Below, in pieces: positions 43,167-52,805 of a stretch of 64,000 nucleotides of DNA. Within the stretch, counting starts at the first letter, position 1. Each line of letters starts with the position of its first letter. The notes beneath the pieces are model-generated. The model was not told the DNA's origin. It saw nothing but the letters and a program-made list of their open reading frames with translations, and searched no databases. The position numbers and the translations under genes are program-made. Source of the DNA: an uncultured Oscillospiraceae bacterium (GTDB taxonomy: Bacteria; Bacillota; Clostridia; Oscillospirales; Oscillospiraceae); contig CAZCRO010000002.1 of NCBI GenBank assembly GCA_964501115.1, positions 9,813 through 73,812 on the forward strand, read 5' to 3'.

Positions 43167-43664
43167 ATGAAAAAGATTATTGCGATTCTCACTGTACTCA
43201 TTGGCCTGGCAGTTATCATTCTGGGCGTTAACCTGACTGGCAAAGGAACCTCCCACACGGTATACGGAGACTCGCTGCGCTACTCCGCAGAAAACTACAG
43301 CGTAGACAGCGCCTCCTTCGGCGCCGACTACTATACCTACAGCTACAAGGCAAACCGGGTCATGGTTCAGGAGCTGAATGACCTGAACAAGGCTATGGAA
43401 TCCGTAGTCAAGGCCGGCAACAATGTGCAGAACGCGGTCTCTGCCAATGTGGATGCAACTGACGATCTGATCGAAGCCGTCTATGAGGTCGGCGGCATGG
43501 TCGTCATCGCCATCGGCCTGGGCATTCTGGCTTACGGCGGCCAGGGTATCGTCGCAGCATTCCCCGCAAAGCAGAAGGAACTTGCTGAAACCGCAGAAGC
43601 AGAGCCCGAAGCCTGCTCCCAGGAGCCCCAGAGCGAGGAAGCTGCTCAGGCAGAAGAAGTATAA
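43167..43664 (+). CDS. Hypothetical two-TM protein
   Basis: AAGGAG RBS; N-terminal TM, helical region, second TM, acidic tail. Confidence 0.75.
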   Translation: MKKIIAILTVLIGLAVIILGVNLTGKGTSHTVYGDSLRYSAENYSVDSASFGADYYTYSYKANRVMVQELNDLNKAMESVVKAGNNVQNAVSANVDATDDLIEAVYEVGGMVVIAIGLGILAYGGQGIVAAFPAKQKELAETAEAEPEACSQEPQSEEAAQAEEV

Positions 43665-43695
43665 AAACAAATAATCAACCACTATTGACCCCAAA

Positions 43696-43733
43696 AAGCC
43701 CCTGTCTCGCTTGATAACGCACGACAGGGGCTT
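43696..43733. terminator. Hairpin between convergent genes
   Basis: AAGCCCCTGTC...GACAGGGGCTT. Confidence 0.7.
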
Positions 43734-43760
43734 CATTTTGTCGAAAAAAGCTTTTGATTT

Positions 43761-45473
43761 TTAGTTCTGGGTGTAAGGAAGAACTCCGTCAGAGATTTCC
43801 TTGCCATCCCAGAGGATTCCTTCGCAATTACTCAGGCTGTAGATGTAGCCGTAATAGAAGTCCAGTTCCTTGTCCCCCAGATCCCGGAAGCTGTTGTTTT
43901 CGATGTTTGCGGCGCTGACACGCTCCATCAAAATGCCACCCTGGGAGCATTCGTAAATATCGTTGGCCGCAATTTCCATATTTTGGCAATTATAAGCCGT
44001 CACGCCAACAGTTCCGCAGCCGTACAGACCGGTTTCAGCTATCCGGACACGGATACAGCGCTCAAAGCGCAGTACTCCGCCCATGCAATAGCCTGGCTCT
44101 ACTGTATGCCCTGCCGTCAGCTTTTCCACTGCTATGTCCGTACAATCCCGGAAGGTAAATACATGGGCATATCTGGGCACCGCAGAGATCACATTGGTCT
44201 GCTTTCCGTCCTTCCCGCAGACGGTCAGGTTGCTCACGCCGGAAATCACCAGATCCGGGCCGTCAAAGGACTGTTCCCAGGCATAGTAATCGCTGCCCAG
44301 ACCGCCATAGTCCCGGGCCGTGGACAAATCCAGAAGCGGCGTATCCACCAGGATTTTGGTATCCGGGGCAATGGCGTCCAGAAACTGGTCAGCAGTGGTT
44401 ACCGTAACCTCCTTTTGAGGCTGTGTTGTCTCGGTACTCTGCGGCCGCAGGCTGCCCAGCAGCTGCACCAGATTTTCCTCTGTCAGAGGCTCCCCCTGGA
44501 TGTCCCGGACGGTGCTGCCCGGCCGCACCTGAACCCAAGTCCAGCCTGTGTTCTCCCCGCCGGAGCATTCCTCCAGGGTAAGCCTGGAATTAAGGGCATT
44601 CCCTTCCAAACCATATTGCCCTTCCAGAGTGAAGGCCGCACCTTCCATGGTATTTCCTGTGAATACGCAATTTTTCAGGTACACATCAGAGCTGTATGCC
44701 GCAAGAATCTGGCTGTTGTTATCCAGAAATTCACAGTTTTTCGCCACCAGATTCTCCACATTCCATGCCTCAATGGCGGCAAAGCCGCCGATGTCTTTCC
44801 CGATTCCGTAGATCCGGCAATTATCCATCTGCACTGTATCCACGTTATCCAGATTCATGCCGCTTCCGGAGCATTCATAAATATCTGTATCCTCCAGGCG
44901 CAGATTTTCACAGTTCACCGCATTCACGCCCCGGAACCCACAGCCGTACAGTCCCAGATCTTTCAGGGTGATGTCCGTGCAGTTCTCAAACCGGAGTACG
45001 TCCCCCTGGCAGGCCTCAGCCTGGCGCACATGCCCCGCCAGGAAGCCCTGCAGGGTTATATTGCTGCAATTCTCAAACACCAGCACATTGGCACTTCTGG
45101 GAACCGTTTCCAGGCTGGTCACATACTTTCCCGCACCCCGGATGGTCAAATCCTCCACGCCGAAAATTACCAGCTGATAGCCATCCTCCACCATATCCCA
45201 GCGGCAATAAGGAGAAAGCAAATTCAAATCCTGGCCAATATCCAGGCTGACCGTCAATGCTTCCAGTTCCACTACAGCGCCGGGGGCAATGGCCGCTGCC
45301 AAATCCCCGCCGGTAGAAATCACCGTCTCACTGGTCACCACCGGTGCCTCCGGTTCTACCATCGTCTCCACGGTGGGTGCGGTTGTAAAGGTTGGCATCG
45401 TGTTATTCTGACTGCATCCGGCAAGCAGGAGACCTGCGAGCAAAAGGGCAGCCAGTTTTTTGATCGTTCTCAT
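43761..45473 (-). CDS. Lipoprotein with two right-handed beta-helix modules
   Basis: Lipobox LLAGC; two copies of W..DG..LVI...PR.A.V..F..C..I...AGH...C.G.VLRFE.C...GLYGCG...DIYECS. Confidence 0.8.
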   Translation of the reverse strand: MRTIKKLAALLLAGLLLAGCSQNNTMPTFTTAPTVETMVEPEAPVVTSETVISTGGDLAAAIAPGAVVELEALTVSLDIGQDLNLLSPYCRWDMVEDGYQLVIFGVEDLTIRGAGKYVTSLETVPRSANVLVFENCSNITLQGFLAGHVRQAEACQGDVLRFENCTDITLKDLGLYGCGFRGVNAVNCENLRLEDTDIYECSGSGMNLDNVDTVQMDNCRIYGIGKDIGGFAAIEAWNVENLVAKNCEFLDNNSQILAAYSSDVYLKNCVFTGNTMEGAAFTLEGQYGLEGNALNSRLTLEECSGGENTGWTWVQVRPGSTVRDIQGEPLTEENLVQLLGSLRPQSTETTQPQKEVTVTTADQFLDAIAPDTKILVDTPLLDLSTARDYGGLGSDYYAWEQSFDGPDLVISGVSNLTVCGKDGKQTNVISAVPRYAHVFTFRDCTDIAVEKLTAGHTVEPGYCMGGVLRFERCIRVRIAETGLYGCGTVGVTAYNCQNMEIAANDIYECSQGGILMERVSAANIENNSFRDLGDKELDFYYGYIYSLSNCEGILWDGKEISDGVLPYTQN

Positions 45474-45610
45474 GGAATCATCCTTTCCCAATCGTATTCC
45501 GACCCTCGCCGGGGTTTCTGAAACATCTGATTTTATTCTAGCATAATGTTACCGTTTTGTCAGTTCTCTTAACCGTTTTTTAAGTTTTTCCAGCAATTCT
45601 TAGGGTTTTC

Positions 45611-48600
45611 TTAAAAATCCTGAGTCCACTCTCCATCCAGGTACCGATATGTGCCATCTGAAAATTCCTCTTTTTCCACATATATCTCATAGCAGACAGA
45701 CAGGCACATATCCATTTCTTCATTCTCTTCAAAGAGATTCTCCTCGGCAAATACGCCCCGGCAGTGTTCCAGTACCAGGCCAAATCCACCGTTTTGCGTA
45801 AAGCCGCATTGCCGGAAGGTAAGGTTCTGGGAATATTCCAGCTCCGCCCCCTTTGCGCTGCAGGAAAAGAAGCGGGTATTCTCCGCATACAACCCTGTCG
45901 AACGCCAGGCATACAGGCCTGTCATACCGCAGCCATAAAGGTGGCAGCCGGTCAATGTCAGATTTTCAGACTCCTCCCAGTTGAGCACATTGCCGCTGCA
46001 TTTCCCCTTCTCCGGGCTGTGTCCCAGCCAGAGGTTTTCCAAAGATATATCCGTACAGCCACGCAGCACCAGCACTGTTGCATACCGGGCAGAGGCCTCT
46101 ATGCAGCAGGATTGCTGCTCTGCCCGGATCGTCAGGTTATTCAGTTCCTGCAAAACCAGCTGCGAACCATCCCAGGTGGTCTCCCAGGTATATGCGCCAC
46201 CGGCGTGATGTCGGCCATAATCAGAGGCATCCTTCAAAGCATAACTCTGCCGGGTCAGCACAATGGTACGGTTTGACCCCAGCGCAGCCAGGAATTCATC
46301 CACCGTGTCCACCCGATACACCCCATCTTCATCCGGTAGCGGCACAGAAGGCTCTGTCTGCGCAACGGAGTTCCGGATTTCCGTTTCCGGCTCCAGTCCC
46401 ATCTGCTCCAGCATTTCTTCCGTCAGGGGTTCTCTCTGGGCATCCACCGGCAGGGACAAATTCTCTTCAAACCAGCCCTGCACCGTATTTCCGGAAAAAA
46501 CGCACCCATCCACTACAATTCCTCCGGTATCCACCCGGAAGCCCCGGCGGAAGGTATTACGCTTCACATAATTTGCGGAAAATTCCGATTCATACACACT
46601 GGATGCATAGAAAAGATACTCTGTTCTGCAGTTATTTATCACATTTTTGCGGATTTTCAACCCATCACAGCTGGTTGCGCGGAAGACATAGCCTGCATTT
46701 TCGCTGTCCTCCGCAATGCGCAGGAAGTTGCAGCCCTCCACCTGACAGCTGGCACTCTCCCGGAAATCCACACCGCCTGTGGAGGAATCGGTAATGGCGC
46801 AGTTGGTCAGTTCCAGCTCTTCACTGCCCTGACCTACAAATCCTACCGCACCGCAGCCATAAAGCTGACAATTGAGCAGCTGCAAACGGCTACAGTCCAG
46901 AGCCTGTACCACATTGCCTGTACAGACTCCTTTCTCCGGCGTATGCCCAAGAATCACATTTTCCAGACGTATATCCCGGCAGCCGGAGAAAACAAGTACA
47001 TTGGCATAGCGTGGCTTTGTGACCAGCTCTACCCCCTCGCCCCCAAGCAAAACCAGGTCTTCCGCTGTGATCACCAGCTGGTAGCCATCGAAAACCGGCT
47101 CCCAGCGGTAATAAAGGGACGCGCCTGTTCCATAGTGCGTAGCCGCAGACAAATCATAGTATCCCGGTTGCAGGACAATTACGGTATCGGTATGGATCTG
47201 CGACAGCAGCTCATCCACTGTGGATACCGTTACACGCCGCTGGGAAAGTCCCGGCATCCAATACGCCCCCTGATCATCCACCGCCTTAACGCTGTCCGGA
47301 TAGTTGCACTGGGGAGCAGTATTGTTTTCAAAGCTGCCTCCTTTGACGGTCACTTTCTCATCCAGCAGAAATACCGCCTGGTTAAAAACATTGTTTTTCA
47401 CCGTATTTTCCTCCAGAGTCACCTCCCATGTTCCGGATGCCTGCAGGAAAAAGGCAGCGGTATTGTTCTCTATCAGGCAGTTCCGGATCAACACTGCTTG
47501 ATTATATCCCAGAGAAAACAGGGCATCCAGGCAGTCCATATTGTAGATCCGGCAATCCGCCACAGTCAGCTCTTCACACTGCCAGGCAACCACAGCATTG
47601 TAACTGCATTCATACAGGCTGCTTTGCGCCACTTTCAAATCTTTGCATTGCTCCGCCCGGATGGCCACCGCACCACAGCCGAAGAGAGCACTCTCTTCCA
47701 CCTGTACCCCGCTGCATTCACGAAATGCCAGCACATCTCCTGTACAGGTTCCCTGCTCCACTGCATGCCCGGCAGTCAATCCCTGGATGTATATATTTTC
47801 CGATCCGGTGAAATTCAGCACTCCGGCATAGCGTGGTCTGGCCAAAAGCTCGGTTTTCTCCCCATCCTGGCCACGAATTACCAGGTTTTCCACATTTTCA
47901 ATCACCAGCTGGTAGCCATCGTATACTTCCTCCCAGCGGTAGCCGGGGTTACTGCTTTCCTTACCATAGTCCGCCGCACGATCCAGACGATATTCTCCCT
48001 TTTTCATGCGGATTTCCCGGTCGGAGCCAATGGCATCCAAAAATTCATCCACATTGGAAACGGTAACGATTTTCCGCTGTCCCCAGCCTTCCCCCAAATC
48101 CAGAGGCGGAAATATACGTCTCTTCGGCCCCAGGAGCAGGGCGCAGGCCACCACCGTCAGGAGCACTGCCACACCGGCCAGCATTCCCTTCCTGTCCAGG
48201 CAAAAGTGCATAATTCCCAGCAGCCGCTCTTTCAGCTCCTGCTTCTGGGTAGAAAACGTGGTTGCCAGTACCGCGGAGGAAAGCTTCCCCTGAGCCGCCA
48301 TATACAACAAACTTTCCCCATAGGCCTGCTTTTGGCTGGCTGTCATATGGCGGATCACCTGTTCGTCACAGCTGCGCTCACAGGCCAGATCAATCTCCCG
48401 GCGCATCAGTATCACCAGAGGATTGAACCACTGGACAGAAAACACCAGGACGGAAAACCACTTATAAAGGATGTCCCTGCGCCGGTAATGCACAAGCTCA
48501 TGGCGCAGAATATTTTCCAGCATCGGAGCATCGTATTTTCCATAGGGCAGAACAATATCCGGCCGGATCAGCCCCAAAAGCATAGGGGACTCGATGCCAT

Positions 48601-49105
48601 CCACCAATAGAATCCGGGGCTTTTTCCCCTCCCCGGCAAAGCCCTGCCCCTGCCAGCTCATTTCTCCGCGTATATTGGCCTGGAAGCTTTCCGCAAAGCG
48701 CCGGTAGCTGAGCCCATACCAGCAGATACTTGCGGCAAACCCCACCGCCCATGCTGCTCCCAGGAGCAGCTTCCAGGGGATCTCCCGCCGGACAGGAGAG
48801 ACATCAGGCAAGTTTTCATCTGTTTCCTGTTGGGTATCCACCTGGAGTGGAAGCACCGGATATGTGTTGACCGTGCTGTTCTGGCATGTACTCACCTCTT
48901 CCACCGGGCGGGCAGCATCCGGCTGCACCTGCTCCCGGCTGGTGTCTACCAATCCCGGCAGCGGCAGCAAAAAACGCAGCAGTACCACCAGCCAGGCATA
49001 GTAATATACCGCACTGGGCAAACGGCGAAACAGCCCTTTCCCGGCAAGCAGCACCAGCGCCAGTACGCTGCCCCCCAGAGTCATTGTGAGAAACGCTGCA
49101 CTCAT
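45611..49105 (-). CDS. BlaR1-like M56 metallopeptidase fused to three beta-helix modules
   Basis: YYAWLVVLLRFLLP, SPMLLGLIRP, LRHELVHYRRRD (HExxH), WFNPL, DLACERSCDE, LKERL; then three tandem modules. Confidence 0.87.
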   Translation of the reverse strand: MSAAFLTMTLGGSVLALVLLAGKGLFRRLPSAVYYYAWLVVLLRFLLPLPGLVDTSREQVQPDAARPVEEVSTCQNSTVNTYPVLPLQVDTQQETDENLPDVSPVRREIPWKLLLGAAWAVGFAASICWYGLSYRRFAESFQANIRGEMSWQGQGFAGEGKKPRILLVDGIESPMLLGLIRPDIVLPYGKYDAPMLENILRHELVHYRRRDILYKWFSVLVFSVQWFNPLVILMRREIDLACERSCDEQVIRHMTASQKQAYGESLLYMAAQGKLSSAVLATTFSTQKQELKERLLGIMHFCLDRKGMLAGVAVLLTVVACALLLGPKRRIFPPLDLGEGWGQRKIVTVSNVDEFLDAIGSDREIRMKKGEYRLDRAADYGKESSNPGYRWEEVYDGYQLVIENVENLVIRGQDGEKTELLARPRYAGVLNFTGSENIYIQGLTAGHAVEQGTCTGDVLAFRECSGVQVEESALFGCGAVAIRAEQCKDLKVAQSSLYECSYNAVVAWQCEELTVADCRIYNMDCLDALFSLGYNQAVLIRNCLIENNTAAFFLQASGTWEVTLEENTVKNNVFNQAVFLLDEKVTVKGGSFENNTAPQCNYPDSVKAVDDQGAYWMPGLSQRRVTVSTVDELLSQIHTDTVIVLQPGYYDLSAATHYGTGASLYYRWEPVFDGYQLVITAEDLVLLGGEGVELVTKPRYANVLVFSGCRDIRLENVILGHTPEKGVCTGNVVQALDCSRLQLLNCQLYGCGAVGFVGQGSEELELTNCAITDSSTGGVDFRESASCQVEGCNFLRIAEDSENAGYVFRATSCDGLKIRKNVINNCRTEYLFYASSVYESEFSANYVKRNTFRRGFRVDTGGIVVDGCVFSGNTVQGWFEENLSLPVDAQREPLTEEMLEQMGLEPETEIRNSVAQTEPSVPLPDEDGVYRVDTVDEFLAALGSNRTIVLTRQSYALKDASDYGRHHAGGAYTWETTWDGSQLVLQELNNLTIRAEQQSCCIEASARYATVLVLRGCTDISLENLWLGHSPEKGKCSGNVLNWEESENLTLTGCHLYGCGMTGLYAWRSTGLYAENTRFFSCSAKGAELEYSQNLTFRQCGFTQNGGFGLVLEHCRGVFAEENLFEENEEMDMCLSVCYEIYVEKEEFSDGTYRYLDGEWTQDF

Positions 49106-49479
49106 TTCTGATCCTCCGGCACATGGAACATCTCCTGCAGCTGGGCAATATCCTGCAGCGTCAGCCCCTGGGAATCAATCAAACTGGCAACCAAAGCCTT
49201 TGCGCTGCCACGGAAAAGGCGCTGCACCACATTGCCCGTTACCTGATTGGTGTATTCCCTCTCCGTAATGGCGGGAGCATAGGAATATACCCCATTTTTT
49301 GTGCGCACCAGCGCCCCCTTTTCCGTCAGTCGGCCAATCAGGGTTTTGATCGTAGTCGGCTCCCAATGGGTACTTTCCTGCAAGGCCAGACGGATCTCCG
49401 TCACCGTCATCGGCCGGCCTGTATCCCACAACAGGCGCATAATTTCATATTCCGATTCTGTAATTTTCTTATCCGGCAT
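49102..49479 (-). CDS. BlaI/MecI/CopY-family repressor
   Basis: ITESEYEIMRLLW, WEPTTIKTLIGRLTEKGAL, YSYAPAI, LFRGSAKALVASL; ATGA overlap with the M56 gene. Confidence 0.92.
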   Translation of the reverse strand: MPDKKITESEYEIMRLLWDTGRPMTVTEIRLALQESTHWEPTTIKTLIGRLTEKGALVRTKNGVYSYAPAITEREYTNQVTGNVVQRLFRGSAKALVASLIDSQGLTLQDIAQLQEMFHVPEDQK

Positions 49480-49500
49480 ATGCTTTCCTCCTTTTTCTTC

Positions 49501-49555
49501 TTTATAGCACAGGAGACTACAATTGTCAACCATAAAAGTTACATTTGTAGTCTCC
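49501..49555 (-). promoter_or_regulatory. blaI-like promoter with two TACAnnTGTA-type operators
   Basis: GTTACATTTGTAGT (49538-49551) and ACTACAATTGTCAA (49516-49529, overlapping the -35); minus-strand TTGACA-17-TATAAA with TG extension. Confidence 0.82.
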
Positions 49556-49571
49556 ATGTTCCCATCAAAGC

Positions 49572-50009
49572 CTACAGAAAGATTCCCGCCAATGCCTGAC
49601 TGGCAAGGTAGATTCCCAATGCCCCGGCCGGTACTGCCAGCGGCGACTTTCCCCAGGACGCGGCATAATCCACGGCAGAATCAAACAACCAGCTCACACC
49701 GGTGAACACCAGACAGCCCACCAGGGCAATATCCGCAATTTCACCGCCGGATACCAAACCAGATGCCGGCGGCAGCAGCAAAAAGGTGGCCAGTGCCAAC
49801 AGACATACCCGGGGATAATCCCGCCGGATACAGGGAGATAATTTCCACTCCACCAGCAATACAATCAGAGACAGCCCCACAAGATTGGGGATATTCCAAG
49901 GTGGAAGGATGCACCCGGGGCACCATACAGACAAAAGCAACGCCCCCAGCAGATACAGCCCCAGAAAAGCCGCCAGGAGCAGATTCAGCAGATTCTCCTT
50001 CTCTTTCAT
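49572..50009 (-). CDS. Hypothetical polytopic membrane protein (145 aa)
   Basis: GGAGG RBS; about 5 hydrophobic segments; abuts the rnfG-like stop. Confidence 0.75.
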   Translation of the reverse strand: MKEKENLLNLLLAAFLGLYLLGALLLSVWCPGCILPPWNIPNLVGLSLIVLLVEWKLSPCIRRDYPRVCLLALATFLLLPPASGLVSGGEIADIALVGCLVFTGVSWLFDSAVDYAASWGKSPLAVPAGALGIYLASQALAGIFL

Positions 50010-50011
50010 CG

Positions 50012-50548
50012 TCATCCTCCCCAGAGTGTTGCACCGGAAGAAGCATCCGCACCGGTCACATAGGCAACCGCCTCCCGAATGCCACGAGCTACGGCACGGG
50101 AACTGACTGTGGCTCCGGACAGGGCATCTGCATCCACTCCGATCACCGCCTGACCAGAGGTATTCAAAAACTGCGCCAAAAAGGTGCTGTCTGTAAGGAT
50201 TCGGCTGCCCAGTCCCCAGGTTTCTGCCATATTGCATACCTGCAACCCGGTGACACGCCCCGAATTGCCTACTCCCACCAGCATGGTAATGTCCCCGGCA
50301 TAGCCTCCCGTTACAGTCCGCACTACAACTCCTGTCTCCCCTTCCCATGCAGCGATAACACTGCCACCCAGATTTTCATCTGTTCTGGAAGTAAAATGGG
50401 TGCTGCCCGGGAGCAGTATCTGCATTTTTTCAAGAAGCGCTTCCTGCAATCTTGTCTGTCTTACCCCCTCCAGGGAGCGGGACAGACAAAACAACACTCC
50501 GGCGCACAAAAGAATCCAAAAAAAGGCAGGAAATATTGTTTTTTTCAT
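50012..50548 (-). CDS. RnfG-like FMN-binding protein
   Basis: N-terminal TM, GYAGDITMLVGV, ETWGLG, DALSGATVSS and C-terminal DASSGAT. Confidence 0.85.
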   Translation of the reverse strand: MKKTIFPAFFWILLCAGVLFCLSRSLEGVRQTRLQEALLEKMQILLPGSTHFTSRTDENLGGSVIAAWEGETGVVVRTVTGGYAGDITMLVGVGNSGRVTGLQVCNMAETWGLGSRILTDSTFLAQFLNTSGQAVIGVDADALSGATVSSRAVARGIREAVAYVTGADASSGATLWGG

Positions 50549-51474
50549 TCCTTTTCTCCTCTCTTCACACCGAAGCGGCGGGGCAACATCCAGCGATCCA
50601 GTTCCCAGCTCAGGCAATTCATAGTCAAAATAGCATAGCTGACTCCCTCGGGGAAAAGTCCGAAGTAACGGTAAAGCACCGTAAGGCAGCCGCAGCCGAT
50701 ACCGTAGACTACCTGCGCTTTGGGCACCACCGGAGACGTGGCATAATCCGTAGCCATAAACACTGCCCCCAGCATCAATGCGCCGGAGCACAGACTGTAC
50801 GCCATCCAGAGCGGCCCATTTCCCGTTTTGGGCAGCACCAGCGTCAGCACCGCCACACTTCCCAAATAAGCCAGGGGGATGTGCAGAGAAATCACCCGGC
50901 GTACCACCAGATACACCCCGCCCAGCAGCAGCGCCAGAGTAGACAGCTCTCCAATGGAACCTGGGCAGTTTCCCAAAAACAGCGCCCACAGTCCCTCCCC
51001 GGGCAAGGCCGGTCTGACCATATGATGCAGCGGTGTGGCAGAAGAAAAACCGTCCAGCCGGTAATCCGTCATGGCAGCAGGAAACAGCAACAGCATGGCC
51101 GCTCTGGCTCCCAGAGCGGGATTCCACAGGTTCTGCCCAAGACCGCCCCACAGGAGCTTCCCCACCACAATGGCAAAAGCACTCCCTCCCACCACCAGCC
51201 ACATAGGCACAGACACCGGCAGCGTCATCGCCAGCAGCAACCCCGTAACCAGAGCAGAGCCATCCCGAACACTCTGTTTTCCGGACAGCAGGCCATACAG
51301 ACCTTCACTGCCAAGCGCCGCAAGCATCGCCACCGCTGCCACCGCCAAAGCCCGGATCCCCAGCCGCCACACCCCTACCAGCAAAGACGGCACCAGCGCC
51401 AGCACCACATCCAGCATCAGGCGGCTGGTTTTTATATTTTCCCGCATATGGGGGCAATCTGATTTATTTCCCAT
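50545..51474 (-). CDS. rnfD: RnfD-like electron transport membrane subunit
   Basis: DGSALVTGLLLA, GGLGQNLWNPA, SSATPL flavinylation site, GSIGELS, FMATDYATSP, EGVSYAIL. Confidence 0.9.
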   Translation of the reverse strand: MGNKSDCPHMRENIKTSRLMLDVVLALVPSLLVGVWRLGIRALAVAAVAMLAALGSEGLYGLLSGKQSVRDGSALVTGLLLAMTLPVSVPMWLVVGGSAFAIVVGKLLWGGLGQNLWNPALGARAAMLLLFPAAMTDYRLDGFSSATPLHHMVRPALPGEGLWALFLGNCPGSIGELSTLALLLGGVYLVVRRVISLHIPLAYLGSVAVLTLVLPKTGNGPLWMAYSLCSGALMLGAVFMATDYATSPVVPKAQVVYGIGCGCLTVLYRYFGLFPEGVSYAILTMNCLSWELDRWMLPRRFGVKRGEKE

Positions 51475-52765
51475 CACTGCCACGCTCCTCCCGCAGTTTC
51501 TGCTTGCCCCGGCGAAAGTGCTCCACCAGCGGCAACTTTCCGGGGCAGCCAAAGGAGCAGCATCCGCACTCCAGACAATCCTGCAAATGAAGTTCCTCCA
51601 TCCGCTGCACATCCCCTGTCTGCACATAGCGGTACAGATACAGTGGTTGCAGCCGCATAGGACAAACAACTACGCATCTGCCACAGCGCAGACACGCTTG
51701 GTTTGTCTCCGTTTTCTCCTCCGGAAGGCACAGCACGCAGTTGGTAGCCTTCACCACCGGAACCGAAAGATCTTCCTGTGCCCTTCCCATCATAGGGCCA
51801 CCGGAGATGACCCGGTGCTGGCTGCCTTCCTGCCACTGTGCTGCCTCCAATAGCTGCCGGAAAGGCGTTCCAATGCGCACAACAAAATTCCCCGGGCTGG
51901 CAACCGCCTCCCCGGATACAGTAACAATCCGCTCCGTCAGCGGGATGCCTTCGTGTACCGCCCGGGCAATGGCCGCGCAGGTAGATACATTGAATACCCC
52001 ACAACCTACCGCCACCGGCAGTTTACCCGGCGGTACTTCCCGGCCGGTCAGAGCATAGATCAGCTGCTTTTCCGCCCCCTGGGGATAGCGTGTGGGCAGC
52101 ACCTGAAGCCGGATGCCGGGAAACTCCACCAGAACAGCCTCCACCTGCCGGATTGCCTCCGGCTTATTGTCCTCCACTGCCAATATCACCTTCTCCGGCC
52201 GCAGCAGTTTCGCCAAAATCCCCAGCCCCTCCAAGACCCGGCGGGCATCCATGCGCAACAGGGCATCGTCCGCAGTGATATACGGCTCACACTCACAGGC
52301 ATTGCCAATCAGCGTATCTACCTGCCCCAGTGCCGACAGCGCCTTCACATTTCCCGGAAAGGCCGCACCACCCATCCCCACAATGCCCGCCTCCCGGATA
52401 GCCCGGAGCACCTGCTCCGGCTCCTCCTCGGCAACAGGATGCAAAGGTGCCGGGGTATCCAGGAAGTCATTTTCAATGACGATTGCCTCAACCATTCGGC
52501 CGGAAACATGGGCACTTGGCTGAATGGCCACTACCCGGCCGGAGACACTGGCATGAACCGGGACGCACAGACCATCCCCATCCCCAATCTTCTGATAGCG
52601 CAGCACCTGTTCCCCCACCGCCACCAGCGCCCGGCATGGCACACCGATGTGCTGCTGCAAGGGAATCTTCACCTGCGCAGGTGGTTCTGCCGGGATGGGC
52701 ACCACACCCGCCGACAACGCCTTGCGATCTGGGGGATGAACACCCCCAAAAAATCTTCCTTTCAT
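51464..52765 (-). CDS. rnfC: RnfC-like NADH-binding FMN/Fe-S subunit
   Basis: FFGGVHP, GIVGMGGAAFP, ECEPYITAD, YPQGAEK, GGPMMG, CLRCGRCVVVCP, CLECGCCSFGCP. Confidence 0.92.
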   Translation of the reverse strand: MKGRFFGGVHPPDRKALSAGVVPIPAEPPAQVKIPLQQHIGVPCRALVAVGEQVLRYQKIGDGDGLCVPVHASVSGRVVAIQPSAHVSGRMVEAIVIENDFLDTPAPLHPVAEEEPEQVLRAIREAGIVGMGGAAFPGNVKALSALGQVDTLIGNACECEPYITADDALLRMDARRVLEGLGILAKLLRPEKVILAVEDNKPEAIRQVEAVLVEFPGIRLQVLPTRYPQGAEKQLIYALTGREVPPGKLPVAVGCGVFNVSTCAAIARAVHEGIPLTERIVTVSGEAVASPGNFVVRIGTPFRQLLEAAQWQEGSQHRVISGGPMMGRAQEDLSVPVVKATNCVLCLPEEKTETNQACLRCGRCVVVCPMRLQPLYLYRYVQTGDVQRMEELHLQDCLECGCCSFGCPGKLPLVEHFRRGKQKLREERGSDGK

Positions 52766-52805
52766 ATTCCGCCTCTCATTCAGACACTGTTCTTTTCCCT
52801 CTGCT

